DNA from: a virus
Taxonomy: Duplodnaviria; Caudoviricetes
Virus record (IMG/VR): IMGVR_UViG_3300028914_000061
Coordinates: 64,001 to 128,000 of that record
Strand: one strand, 5' to 3'
Length of the DNA stretch: 64,000 nt
The notes under the pieces were generated by a model, which had not been told where the DNA came from, made no database searches, and saw nothing but the letters and a program-made list of their open reading frames with translations. Positions 37,561 to 45,594 of the stretch are shown here, piece by piece. The number at the start of each line of letters is the position of its first letter. Positions within the stretch are counted from its first letter, which is position 1. A program made the translations under genes and the position numbers.

Positions 37561-38109
37561 ATGGCAAAACAAGAATTTAATAAAAAGGACTTCACTTTAA
37601 TTCAAAGTGGTGGAAGAGGATATGATGAAGATTATTCCTATGAAAACTACCTTGAATGGTGCAAGGAAAACGAAATGGAGCCTTCAGAAGAGGATTCAGA
37701 AGATTATTGGAGTTGGGTTTACGAAGAGGCTGAACTTGATTACGATAACTTCTTTGATAATCTCCACTATTCAAAGGCTGAGCATGGATTTTACATGATT
37801 ACCTTTGACCTTGGCCTTTGGAATGGCCATAGAAAAGGCTACATTGAGCAAGTTTTCACCTCATTGACCGAGGCTATCAAATTTGCCTTGCGGTCTTCCA
37901 ATGACTATTTGGATTATAAGATTCAGTTTAAGGATGGCGAAGTCATTGTCTATGGCTATCACCATGACGGAACTAACATTATGACCATTAGCCAACTCTC
38001 CAAACATGGACAGCGAAACCTTTTGGACAAGGATGAGCCTAACTATGAAAAGTACGTTCAAATGAAGGATACCTTCAAAAAGTTAGATTGGCAATTTGCA
38101 TGGACTTAA
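37561..38109 (+). CDS. Hypothetical protein
   Basis: DLGLWNG and HHDGTN motifs. Confidence 0.85.
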   Translation: MAKQEFNKKDFTLIQSGGRGYDEDYSYENYLEWCKENEMEPSEEDSEDYWSWVYEEAELDYDNFFDNLHYSKAEHGFYMITFDLGLWNGHRKGYIEQVFTSLTEAIKFALRSSNDYLDYKIQFKDGEVIVYGYHHDGTNIMTISQLSKHGQRNLLDKDEPNYEKYVQMKDTFKKLDWQFAWT

Positions 38110-38122
38110 AATTAAAATTACA

Positions 38123-38341
38123 ATGAAAGTACAAGTAACTCTTTGCACCTATAAGACAAACGACAAAGGCGGGAAAATCTTGGAAACAAGATACAGCCAA
38201 TGGGACACCATCGAAGTCAATAACATGGCAGAAGCAATGGCCTTTGGTAGAGGCGTTGTTTGTGGCCTACGTTACAAATGGAAGTCAGCGGCTTGCGCTT
38301 TGCGCTTCGAGGATGGCCATGAAGAATATTTTACCGATTAA
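38123..38341 (+). CDS. Hypothetical protein (start revised)
   Basis: ATG after leader. Confidence 0.75.
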   Translation: MKVQVTLCTYKTNDKGGKILETRYSQWDTIEVNNMAEAMAFGRGVVCGLRYKWKSAACALRFEDGHEEYFTD

Positions 38342-38343
38342 TA

Positions 38344-38357
38344 TACGCAAATGCGTA
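38344..38357. repeat. Palindrome copy 5
   Basis: TACGCAAATGCGTA. Confidence 0.9.
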
Positions 38358-38418
38358 CTTTGGTACGGTTTTTGATTACTAATTAAATTGAACATTAACA
38401 AACACACAAATTAAAATT

Positions 38419-39150
38419 ATGAAGTATAACGTTGGCGGAACTATGCTGTCCTGCATTTTTAGAGATGGCATTGAAGCATCTTCAAAAGAAGAGGCTGTCG
38501 AAAAATTTAAAAAGATTGTTCAAAAAAGCATCAGTGGCGTTGATTGGCTTGAATGGCGTGAAGTTGAGGCTGAGGAAGTCAAAGACTACACTACCAAAAT
38601 CAACAAGGTTCTCGCTGATTGTGGCTACGGCTCATCATACATGGTTGATAAAACACCAAAACTTGTTTGCAGTGGCGCACCTACCACTCCCAAGTGTTTC
38701 AATAACGTTGATGTCTATAAGGCAGAAGTTAGATGCGGTGGCGTTCTGTATTTCATTGTCATTGGAACAGACATTTACCTGCCGGTGACCCAAGACCATT
38801 TCTGTATGCCCACAAGTGACTTTTGGGAGAAAGATTTGGGCTTGAATAACGTCCTCAAAATGTTTTGGATGGCAAGAAACAACATCTATGCGTTCAACAA
38901 TAGTGGCGACTTGATTGCTCTCTATCTTTCGTCAAGAAACTATGGAATGTCCACGCTTGGCGCACGAATCATGAACATCATTACCAAGTTGCCCGATTAT
39001 TTGAAGATTGGATACTTCCTTATGAGGTCGGAATCAAGATACCTTGAAATGAAGTCTTGTGACGGAAAACACACGTTGAAGGCAACATTCTCATCTTGCG
39101 AAGACGAATATCCTGATACGTTCATGCAAATTTCAAAGATTATTCCGTAA
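38419..39150 (+). CDS. Hypothetical early protein
   Basis: Variant promoter TTTGGTACGG. Confidence 0.8.
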   Translation: MKYNVGGTMLSCIFRDGIEASSKEEAVEKFKKIVQKSISGVDWLEWREVEAEEVKDYTTKINKVLADCGYGSSYMVDKTPKLVCSGAPTTPKCFNNVDVYKAEVRCGGVLYFIVIGTDIYLPVTQDHFCMPTSDFWEKDLGLNNVLKMFWMARNNIYAFNNSGDLIALYLSSRNYGMSTLGARIMNIITKLPDYLKIGYFLMRSESRYLEMKSCDGKHTLKATFSSCEDEYPDTFMQISKIIP

Positions 39151-39215
39151 AATTATAATTGTCATACTATTTATTTTTTAGGAGTTTAATAATAACTTTT
39201 AATAAATAAATTAGT

Positions 39216-39578
39216 ATGGCGATTACAATAGCAGCTTTACTGCAACAACTTTTAATCTTTATCCCTACCATTATTGCAAGTACAACAGTTATCACTGGTG
39301 CTATTAACGGTGCTTTCGATATTGAAAATGCAAATGCAAAGCATATCATATCATGGGTCGTAGCAATATTATGCGGAGTATTGACAGTCTTAACAGGCGG
39401 GTTGACATTCGGATTAGGCTGGGTTGATTACTTAATTGGTGCAGGTTTCGGTCTCGTAGCAGGAGGCGCAGCAAATGGATTGTACGATTGGCCAGCAATA
39501 TCAAATATCATTGACAAATTCTATGACTTGTTCGGTCACGGAGAAACAATAAAGGCCAAACGTGCAGTGAAAAAGTAA
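39216..39578 (+). CDS. Holin-like membrane protein
   Basis: About three TM segments, AANGLYD, basic tail, CTATTTAT upstream. Confidence 0.6.
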   Translation: MAITIAALLQQLLIFIPTIIASTTVITGAINGAFDIENANAKHIISWVVAILCGVLTVLTGGLTFGLGWVDYLIGAGFGLVAGGAANGLYDWPAISNIIDKFYDLFGHGETIKAKRAVKK

Positions 39579-39582
39579 AATA

Positions 39583-39596
39583 TACGCAATTGCGTA
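39583..39596. repeat. Palindrome copy 6
   Basis: TACGCAATTGCGTA upstream of class II promoter. Confidence 0.9.
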
Positions 39597-39691
39597 TCGT
39601 TTAACTAAAAAAATATTTGATATTAAGAAATTAAAATTGTATATTTAATAAGTGCTTATGAAGCATAGTAGTAAGCACTTTTCTATCGAAT

Positions 39692-39764
39692 GCGGCATTC
39701 GTATAACGGTTTAGTATACCAGCCTTCCAAGCTGGGGGTGAGGGTTCGATTCCCTTATGCCGCT
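39692..39764 (+). tRNA. tRNA-Gly(TCC)
   Basis: GCGGCAT/ATGCCGC, CCAGC-CTTCCAA-GCTGG, U73. Confidence 0.93.
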
Positions 39765-39852
39765 CAAGCAACGTTGGCTCGTTTCAAGTACTTTGGCGTT
39801 AAACAGTACTCGCTTGGCGGCTATGTTTGTTACTAACCGCATTGCTGCCCAC

Positions 39853-39958
39853 AATGCAAGGAGATGTGGGGGGCTCAGCGTAGCCTGAATACGTTAGTGG
39901 GTGATACCACGAAGTAGTGTTCTTGGGTTTACTACTATCAACAACAAATCCATGCATT
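39853..39958 (+). ncRNA. Putative structured RNA with H-type pseudoknot
   Basis: AATGCA/TGCATT closing; TCAG/CTGA and CGTA/TACG. Confidence 0.4.
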
Positions 39959-39959
39959 T

Positions 39960-40033
39960 GGTCCCTTAGCGCAGTTGGTTAGAGCAACTGACTCATAATC
40001 AGTAGGTCCCAGGTTCAAACCCTGGAGGGACCA
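39960..40033 (+). tRNA. tRNA-CAT (Ile2-like or elongator Met)
   Basis: ACTGA-CTCATAA-TCAGT. Confidence 0.9.
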
Positions 40034-40229
40034 CAAACAGAGAGGATGTTTCTAATTAAAATTAGAGACCCCGACTTGGCAAGGCATCCTCTTCTGTTAT
40101 GTTACGTACCGGGGCTACTCAAGCCAATGGGTAGTCAACGAGGGTGACACCGAGTGAATGGAGGCCGGCTTTCCATTTGCGCCTATGGTGTTATAAAAGA
40201 GATGGACCGTACATCAACGTAACAAACTT

Positions 40230-40304
40230 GGGAGATTGGCGCAGTCGGTACAGCGCAACTGGCTTACATCCAGCAGGTCGGGGGTTCGAATCCCTCATCT
40301 CCCA
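40230..40304 (+). tRNA. tRNA-Val(TAC)
   Basis: CTGG-CTTACAT-CCAG, GGGAGAT/ATCTCCC. Confidence 0.92.
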
Positions 40305-40315
40305 CAGTAATAATA

Positions 40316-40329
40316 TACGCAATTGCGTA
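40316..40329. repeat. Palindrome copy 7
   Basis: TACGCAATTGCGTA between tRNAs. Confidence 0.9.
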
Positions 40330-40338
40330 TGCATTTAT

Positions 40339-40423
40339 GGCGGGGTGGTGGAATTGGTAGACACGGCAGACTTAAAATCTTCTGGACTAACCGTCCGTGC
40401 GGGTTCGAGTCCCGCTCCCGCTA
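40339..40423 (+). tRNA. tRNA-Leu(TAA)
   Basis: Type II cloverleaf, loop CTTAAAA. Confidence 0.93.
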
Positions 40424-40453
40424 CAATTAAAACTTTAATCTAAAACTTTAACC

Positions 40454-40852
40454 ATGGAAAACGAAAGTAAACTCTCAAAAATTTTAGTGATTATTATGAT
40501 TCTTGGAATCGCTGCTCTTGGTGCTGTATTGTATTTTGCAATTCAGGATTCAAGAGAACGACAGGAACTTGCTGAGCAAGCAAAGATTGATGCTCAGGTT
40601 GATGTCAATAGAATTGATGATTCAACTTATCATTTCAACCTGGGGGATGGCGGTTCCTGTTTTACACTTGGACTTGCTAACGATACCCTGACGGTAGATA
40701 TGGTCAACGTAATGCTCTGCCACATTGATAACGATACCATCACAGTAATTACAATGAGAAATAAGGCCAAGCATGGGTATCAATTCAACTATTCTCATTA
40801 TTTCAAGGGAAGCGTACCGGAGAAGTCCAAGGTTAAGTTTATCCATAACTGA
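40454..40852 (+). CDS. Membrane-anchored hypothetical protein
   Basis: N-terminal TM. Confidence 0.8.
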   Translation: MENESKLSKILVIIMILGIAALGAVLYFAIQDSRERQELAEQAKIDAQVDVNRIDDSTYHFNLGDGGSCFTLGLANDTLTVDMVNVMLCHIDNDTITVITMRNKAKHGYQFNYSHYFKGSVPEKSKVKFIHN

Positions 40853-40929
40853 CGGGGCGTATCCGCTCAAGCTTATACCTTGTTGAAACGGTAATTGGTT
40901 ACATGTAGGTTCGATTCCTACCGTCCCGA
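40853..40929 (+). ncRNA. Rearranged tRNA-like RNA, loop CTTATAC (TAT)
   Basis: CGGGGCG/CGTCCCG, perfect T arm, no 5' D arm, GTAA-TTGG-TTAC hairpin 3' of the anticodon arm. Confidence 0.7.
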
Positions 40930-41001
40930 CAAGAAAAAAATAAAAAAAATACGAAAAAATTTGTTTTTTTTCAAATTTAATTGTATATTTATAACGTTAG
41001 A

Positions 41002-41064
41002 AGAAAACATACAGCAACTATTCAATACACAAAGAGAGGGTTTTTGTTTGTCATACTGTTTTCT
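41002..41064 (+). ncRNA. Stand-alone ACAGCA element
   Basis: AGAAAACA-T-ACAGCAA...TGTTTTCT, just after class II promoter. Confidence 0.6.
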
Positions 41065-41180
41065 GATAACATGAAAATAATCAAATTTATACATAGACTG
41101 CTGAGAAGCAAGCCAATTTAATTTAAAGTTAAGTTCAAAACAGTTAGGTAGGTCTGTTTGAAGTAAAACAAAACCTCCGG

Positions 41181-41259
41181 CTCAATTCAGGTTAGAGTGT
41201 AACGCCCGTGCCTTGGATAGCGTAAGTACGGAACACAGTGGTCCGAGTCCACAATTGAG
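41181..41259 (+). ncRNA. Degenerate tRNA-like RNA
   Basis: CTCAATT/AATTGAG, GTGG-TCCGAGT-CCAC. Confidence 0.45.
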
Positions 41260-41283
41260 ACAAGATTAGTTCTTTGATATTGA

Positions 41284-41355
41284 TGCGGGGTGGAGCAGAG
41301 GCAGCTCGCAAGGCTCATAACCTTGAGGTCGGAGGTTCGAATCCTTCTCCCGCTA
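41284..41355 (+). tRNA. tRNA-fMet(CAT)
   Basis: 1:72 mismatch, GCGGGGTGGAGCAG, CAAGG-CTCATAA-CCTTG. Confidence 0.92.
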
Positions 41356-41360
41356 CTTGA

Positions 41361-41546
41361 AGAAAGCGTACAGCAAAGCTCAAAATCAAATTAATGTAAT
41401 TAGTTAATTCAAAGATGATGAGATGCGCACTCTCTCCAAGTCTAGGCGCACAGCCCTTAGATACGGCTGCTAAGACCAGAGACTTGGGCGTGAAAACCTT
41501 GGAAAGTACACAGCGCTAAATGATACATCGGTTTTTCTCGCTTTCT
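41361..41546 (+). ncRNA. ACAGCA element enclosing a pseudoknotted domain
   Basis: AGAAAGCG-T-ACAGCAA...CGCTTTCT; CCAAGTCT/AGACTTGG; CAGCC/GGCTG with CTTAG/CTAAG. Confidence 0.65.
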
Positions 41547-41859
41547 GAAACTTATGGAGTTTTATTAGTTTCGCTTCTGTTTGAAAAACTAATTGGTGGA
41601 GTATAGGACAACCGTACACCCAGGCTTCCATGAGCCTCTTGCTTGGCAAGTTTCGATTTTAAATCATGGAACAATGTGTGTTTGTTTGCACGGAATTCTC
41701 GAATTTCGTGCTTTTTTTTTATCTAATTGAAATTTCTGGCACGGTTTTTGTTGAATATTGTGGTGTTCATTCTATATTAAATTATGAACAAATTAAAATT
41801 TTAATGCCAAATCGAATAGTCTGGCACGATATTTGATAGGGTAAGAAAAAAGTAAAATT

Positions 41860-42033
41860 ATGACACCTGAAGAAAATTTAGTTAAAGAACTCAAGGAATG
41901 GAGAGATGCTTGTAAGGAAGCACATGAAGAAGGTCTGAAGAAGAATGTCTATGAATTAGGCTTCCATCTTACGTACTTACAATTGGATAAGTTAATTAAG
42001 AATTACGAAGAAGAAACCATTCCTGAAGCTTAA
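41860..42033 (+). CDS. 57-aa hypothetical protein
   Basis: After sigma54-type promoter, precedes sigma factor gene. Confidence 0.7.
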   Translation: MTPEENLVKELKEWRDACKEAHEEGLKKNVYELGFHLTYLQLDKLIKNYEEETIPEA

Positions 42034-42051
42034 AAATAAAATTTTAATAAT

Positions 42052-42948
42052 ATGATTAATGTGAAGAGTTACAATAAAATCAGAAAAAAGGATGACCTCG
42101 TTGTTGCCTACTTGACTGACATCAAGGGCTCCAAGAGCAAACCTATCTCTCCTGAGGAAGAGAGAGACCTGCTTGTGAAGTACTACGCCGATGGTACGTC
42201 TGAAGCAGAGAAGACTGAAATCAAGAAGAAGATTGTGATGTCACATCAAAGATTCCTCTATGACATAGCCAACTGTTATTCCAATGGCGACAATGGAATG
42301 CTGCTTGAACTCATCAATGTCGGAACCATCGGTATGTACGAGACGTTTGACAACTTCGACATCACCAAGGATAATAAGTTCATGACGTATGCACAGTACT
42401 ACGTCCGTAGAGCAATCAAGCACTTCCTGGATGATGAGAACCTTGTGGTGCGTCCTGCAAACAATGCAAAGATTACTCCTAAGGTAAAGAAGATTGAAGA
42501 GGAATTCTACAGAACTCAGGGCCGTAAGCCTACTATCTTCGAAGTGGAAGACATCCTGTTCGAGAAATATGGCATCGAACTCGCTGACAGAAATGACATT
42601 TATGGAGCCACAATTGAAAGAATTGAAGACACCACTGATGGTTCTGAAGACGATAACTACACATTCGAGATGTCCAAGGATTTCACAGACTATGCGTCTA
42701 CTGAGAATGACTACGAAGTCGAAACCAGGAAGAGTGACACCGCTTACGAAGTAGCCAAGGCAATTTCAAGGCTCCCTGAGCGTGAGGCACAAATCATTAA
42801 GATGGCTTATGGCATGGGCGACTACAATAAGCCTTGCAATAACATCGAAATCGGTGAGGCGCTTAACTTAACATCTGAGAGAGTCAGACAACTCAGGAAA
42901 GGTGCTGAAGCCAGGTTGAAATCTTTACTTGAAAAAATTGAAGTTTAA
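42052..42948 (+). CDS. RNA polymerase sigma70 factor, RpoD/RpoS-like (lacks region 1.1)
   Basis: AYLTDI..ISPEEE, ELINVGTIG..FD..KFMTYA.YYVR, region 4 LPERE..IGEALNLTSERVRQL. Confidence 0.93.
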   Translation: MINVKSYNKIRKKDDLVVAYLTDIKGSKSKPISPEEERDLLVKYYADGTSEAEKTEIKKKIVMSHQRFLYDIANCYSNGDNGMLLELINVGTIGMYETFDNFDITKDNKFMTYAQYYVRRAIKHFLDDENLVVRPANNAKITPKVKKIEEEFYRTQGRKPTIFEVEDILFEKYGIELADRNDIYGATIERIEDTTDGSEDDNYTFEMSKDFTDYASTENDYEVETRKSDTAYEVAKAISRLPEREAQIIKMAYGMGDYNKPCNNIEIGEALNLTSERVRQLRKGAEARLKSLLEKIEV

Positions 42949-42973
42949 TTAAAATTTTTGTATATTATAAACT

Positions 42974-43285
42974 ATGAAAAAACTTGTATTTGTATTAATA
43001 TTAGCATTCACCATGGTCCTTACAGGATGTGAATGTGGATGCGGGGTCGAAGGTTCTGTAGTCGAAGTCGAACCAAGCGATGTGATGACCATCAAAGTTA
43101 ACACTGAATTCGGTTGGCGTAAGATTCACAGATATACCTGTGACATCAATGGAGAACTGTGGTACGTATATTATGTACAGGACCATGGCATTACCCAACT
43201 CGAAAGAGTTAACAGTGTTCCCGGTAATCAGGATAAGCCTGATGACAGCGCTATCCTACAGGAAGAACATTATTTCGATTTTTAA
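42974..43285 (+). CDS. Putative lipoprotein
   Basis: MKK-hydrophobic-LTGC lipobox. Confidence 0.75.
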   Translation: MKKLVFVLILAFTMVLTGCECGCGVEGSVVEVEPSDVMTIKVNTEFGWRKIHRYTCDINGELWYVYYVQDHGITQLERVNSVPGNQDKPDDSAILQEEHYFDF

Positions 43286-43310
43286 ATAACAATTAAAATT
43301 ATACATAGCT

Positions 43311-43751
43311 ATGAATGATAAAGAAGCAGAATTAATCGGAAGATTACAAACAAGTATCAAGTATGGTCCTAATTCATGTATCCACCGTCCAAGACCAGAA
43401 TCAAAACCATCTGAAAAGGTTGACAGAGTTGAACAACTCGTTCAGTCAGTAAGAAGAGCAAAGGACATGACTAAGAAAGATGACAATGGCGAATATGAAA
43501 TGGTCAACCATCCTAAGCATTACAACAACTACGATGTAGAAGTTGTTGATATGATGGAAAAGATTTGGGGTACGAAAGCAACCATGGAGTGGTGCAAAAT
43601 GACCGCCTATAAGTATCGCATGCGCATGGGCACAAAACCTGCCGAAGATGATACTAAGGAAGCCATGCAAAAGAAACTCATGGAAGACTTCAACAAAGAG
43701 CAATGGTATCTTGCAAAAGCCAAAGAACTTTCATCAAAATTGTCGCACTAA
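43311..43751 (+). CDS. DUF3310 (SaV / T7 gp1.7-like) protein
   Basis: VNHPKHY..KYRMRMG.K..EDFNKEQWYL. Confidence 0.85.
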   Translation: MNDKEAELIGRLQTSIKYGPNSCIHRPRPESKPSEKVDRVEQLVQSVRRAKDMTKKDDNGEYEMVNHPKHYNNYDVEVVDMMEKIWGTKATMEWCKMTAYKYRMRMGTKPAEDDTKEAMQKKLMEDFNKEQWYLAKAKELSSKLSH

Positions 43752-43769
43752 AGAATAATTAAAATTAAA

Positions 43770-44000
43770 ATGGTCACAAGAGAACAAGCCAAAGAAAGAG
43801 CCCTCGAAATGATTAACCAAATCATTCGTACTGAAGGTGGACAATCCATCGGGCTCACTAAAAAACAAAAAGGAAAAAATTCATGGACAAATATTGAAAT
43901 TAAAAATGCAATTATCCATGATTGTAATTTACCTAATGGGCCAAATCCCGTAGATGAGATTTATGATTCCCTTGTGTATATGGAAAACCATGGTATGTAA
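43770..44000 (+). CDS. Hypothetical protein
   Basis: A-rich leader. Confidence 0.75.
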   Translation: MVTREQAKERALEMINQIIRTEGGQSIGLTKKQKGKNSWTNIEIKNAIIHDCNLPNGPNPVDEIYDSLVYMENHGM

Positions 44001-44078
44001 CGCATAGCATACGTAATGAGTTTTTTTTATTATTTTTGTGGGCCTTTCGCAAGAAGGGCCCAATTTTTTTTTATAATA

Positions 44079-44092
44079 TACGCAATTGCGTA
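44079..44092. repeat. Palindrome copy 8
   Basis: TACGCAATTGCGTA. Confidence 0.9.
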
Positions 44093-44360
44093 CTGGTCCT
44101 GCATAGTTTGGCACGGTTTTTGATATACATTGCAGTGTTATGAATAAGTCACCGCCGTAATATCGGAAACATATTAAACAATTGGATGGCCAAATGCCAC
44201 ACAGGGGCTGAACGCAAAACTGTGAGTAGGAGAGTAGACTCCAACACGTAAAAAGCGAATAGTAGAGTAGACTCCAGCATACCCTTTATTTTTTTTAATT
44301 AAAATTATAATTTTTTAATATATCTACCGACTATTTATTATTATCTAATTTTAATTTTAT

Positions 44361-44615
44361 ATGAACAAATTTTTAAATGATTTACTCACATTCGTACTTT
44401 TTGTGGCAAGTATTGCTTGCTTCTACTTCGCAGTGACAGCCGCTTTCGCTTCTGCATTGCTCAACTTCATTCTCTTATTCGCAGCAATATTCTTCCTCAT
44501 CCAAGCGGCAGGTCTTATAGACAAGGCCAAGGGATTCGGAAAGTATTCTAACGATAATTCTCCTACCGTGCCAAATAAAGTCGAAGAATCCCCTGATAAA
44601 ACAGAGGATAATTAA
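44361..44615 (+). CDS. Two-TM membrane protein
   Basis: CTATTTAT upstream, terminator 44628-44655. Confidence 0.8.
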   Translation: MNKFLNDLLTFVLFVASIACFYFAVTAAFASALLNFILLFAAIFFLIQAAGLIDKAKGFGKYSNDNSPTVPNKVEESPDKTEDN

Positions 44616-44660
44616 AATTAAAATTAAGCAAGGGTCTCACAAGGGCCCTTTTTTATTTAC

Positions 44661-44780
44661 AATTAAAATTATAATCCACCCATGCCCTGCTCAGCATTAA
44701 TAATTAAAATTATAATTACAATCCTAATCCCATAATTAAAATTATAATTAACAATTTAAATTTCTAATTAAAATTATAAT
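44661..44780. repeat. Four phased AATTAAAATTATAAT repeats
   Basis: Start at 44661, 44702, 44734, 44766. Confidence 0.85.
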
Positions 44781-45279
44781 CCATCGTGTCTGACGATTTT
44801 GTCTAAATATTTTTTGTGCAAAATAGATTTCCACACTAATGCCATGAGCCACAGTTATTTAGAACCATTCTAAATTTTAATTGTAATTGTAATTTAGTTT
44901 GTTTCTAAATTAAAAATTTTAATTGAAATTCCCACAAGCCACAAATGGATTGGCACTTTTCCCACAGGGCCCAAGCAAAAAAATTCCAATAAAAATCATC
45001 CATATTTTTCAGGCAGAAAATATTCGAAAGTTATATTTTGATTCATGCCCGATTTTGTACAAAAAAAAAGAGGGAGAAATGTGCTAAAAACTCCACATTT
45101 TCCCACTTTATACCACTCGGATTATCAGTGTTTTACGAATGTTCTGATTATCAGGCACTTATAACTTTCTCATTTTTAATCTCTTAAAATAAAATTGCAA
45201 TTTAAATTAAACAACCCATCTGAAAATATAAATTACAATTTGTGTATAAGAATGCTATCAAAATGATATTACTTTTATA

Positions 45280-45594
45280 CTATTTTACAATACCCTCTTT
45301 TTCAAGTTTTAGCATAACGGGGTCAGTGATTTCCAGAATGAAATAGTTATGGTGGTTGTGGTTATAGGCTGACTGTGCTGTTGGGTATTTTTTATACCAC
45401 ATTCCATCTTCGATGATGGTTGCATCGGCATACCATCTTTTGCACCACTCAAGAAATTTTTCAATTTCCTTCAGGAAGCCTTTTTCTCCACCGACCTTAT
45501 TATTGGAGAATACTTTTATCCTATATGGTTCATCAAGTAAGATAGAACCTTGCAGGAGTCTTTTAACGTATTTTGGTATTGTAAAGTTATTCAT
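45280..45594 (-). CDS. Hypothetical protein
   Basis: Coupled ORF. Confidence 0.75.
   Translation of the reverse strand: MNNFTIPKYVKRLLQGSILLDEPYRIKVFSNNKVGGEKGFLKEIEKFLEWCKRWYADATIIEDGMWYKKYPTAQSAYNHNHHNYFILEITDPVMLKLEKEGIVK

Larger units (their letters stand above)
17448..44125 (+). promoter_or_regulatory. Array of about 47 sigma54-type promoters TTTGGCAYR-N4-TTGH
   Basis: e.g. 17448 TTTGGCACGATTGTTGCA, 17532, 18184, 19715, 20002, 20850, 21106, 25863, 27408, 28562, 30351, 33008, 35706, 41820, 44107; fixed 12-nt spacing from GG to the -13 G. Confidence 0.85.

Noticed and set aside
17448-39150. CRISPR array or integron attC array
   Set aside because: Repeats are degenerate, promoter-shaped and separated by whole genes; no cas or integrase gene and no attC inverted cores
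39764-41360. Theta (HDV-like) ribozymes at tRNA 3' ends
   Set aside because: Could not fit the nested double pseudoknot by eye; needs a descriptor search to exclude formally
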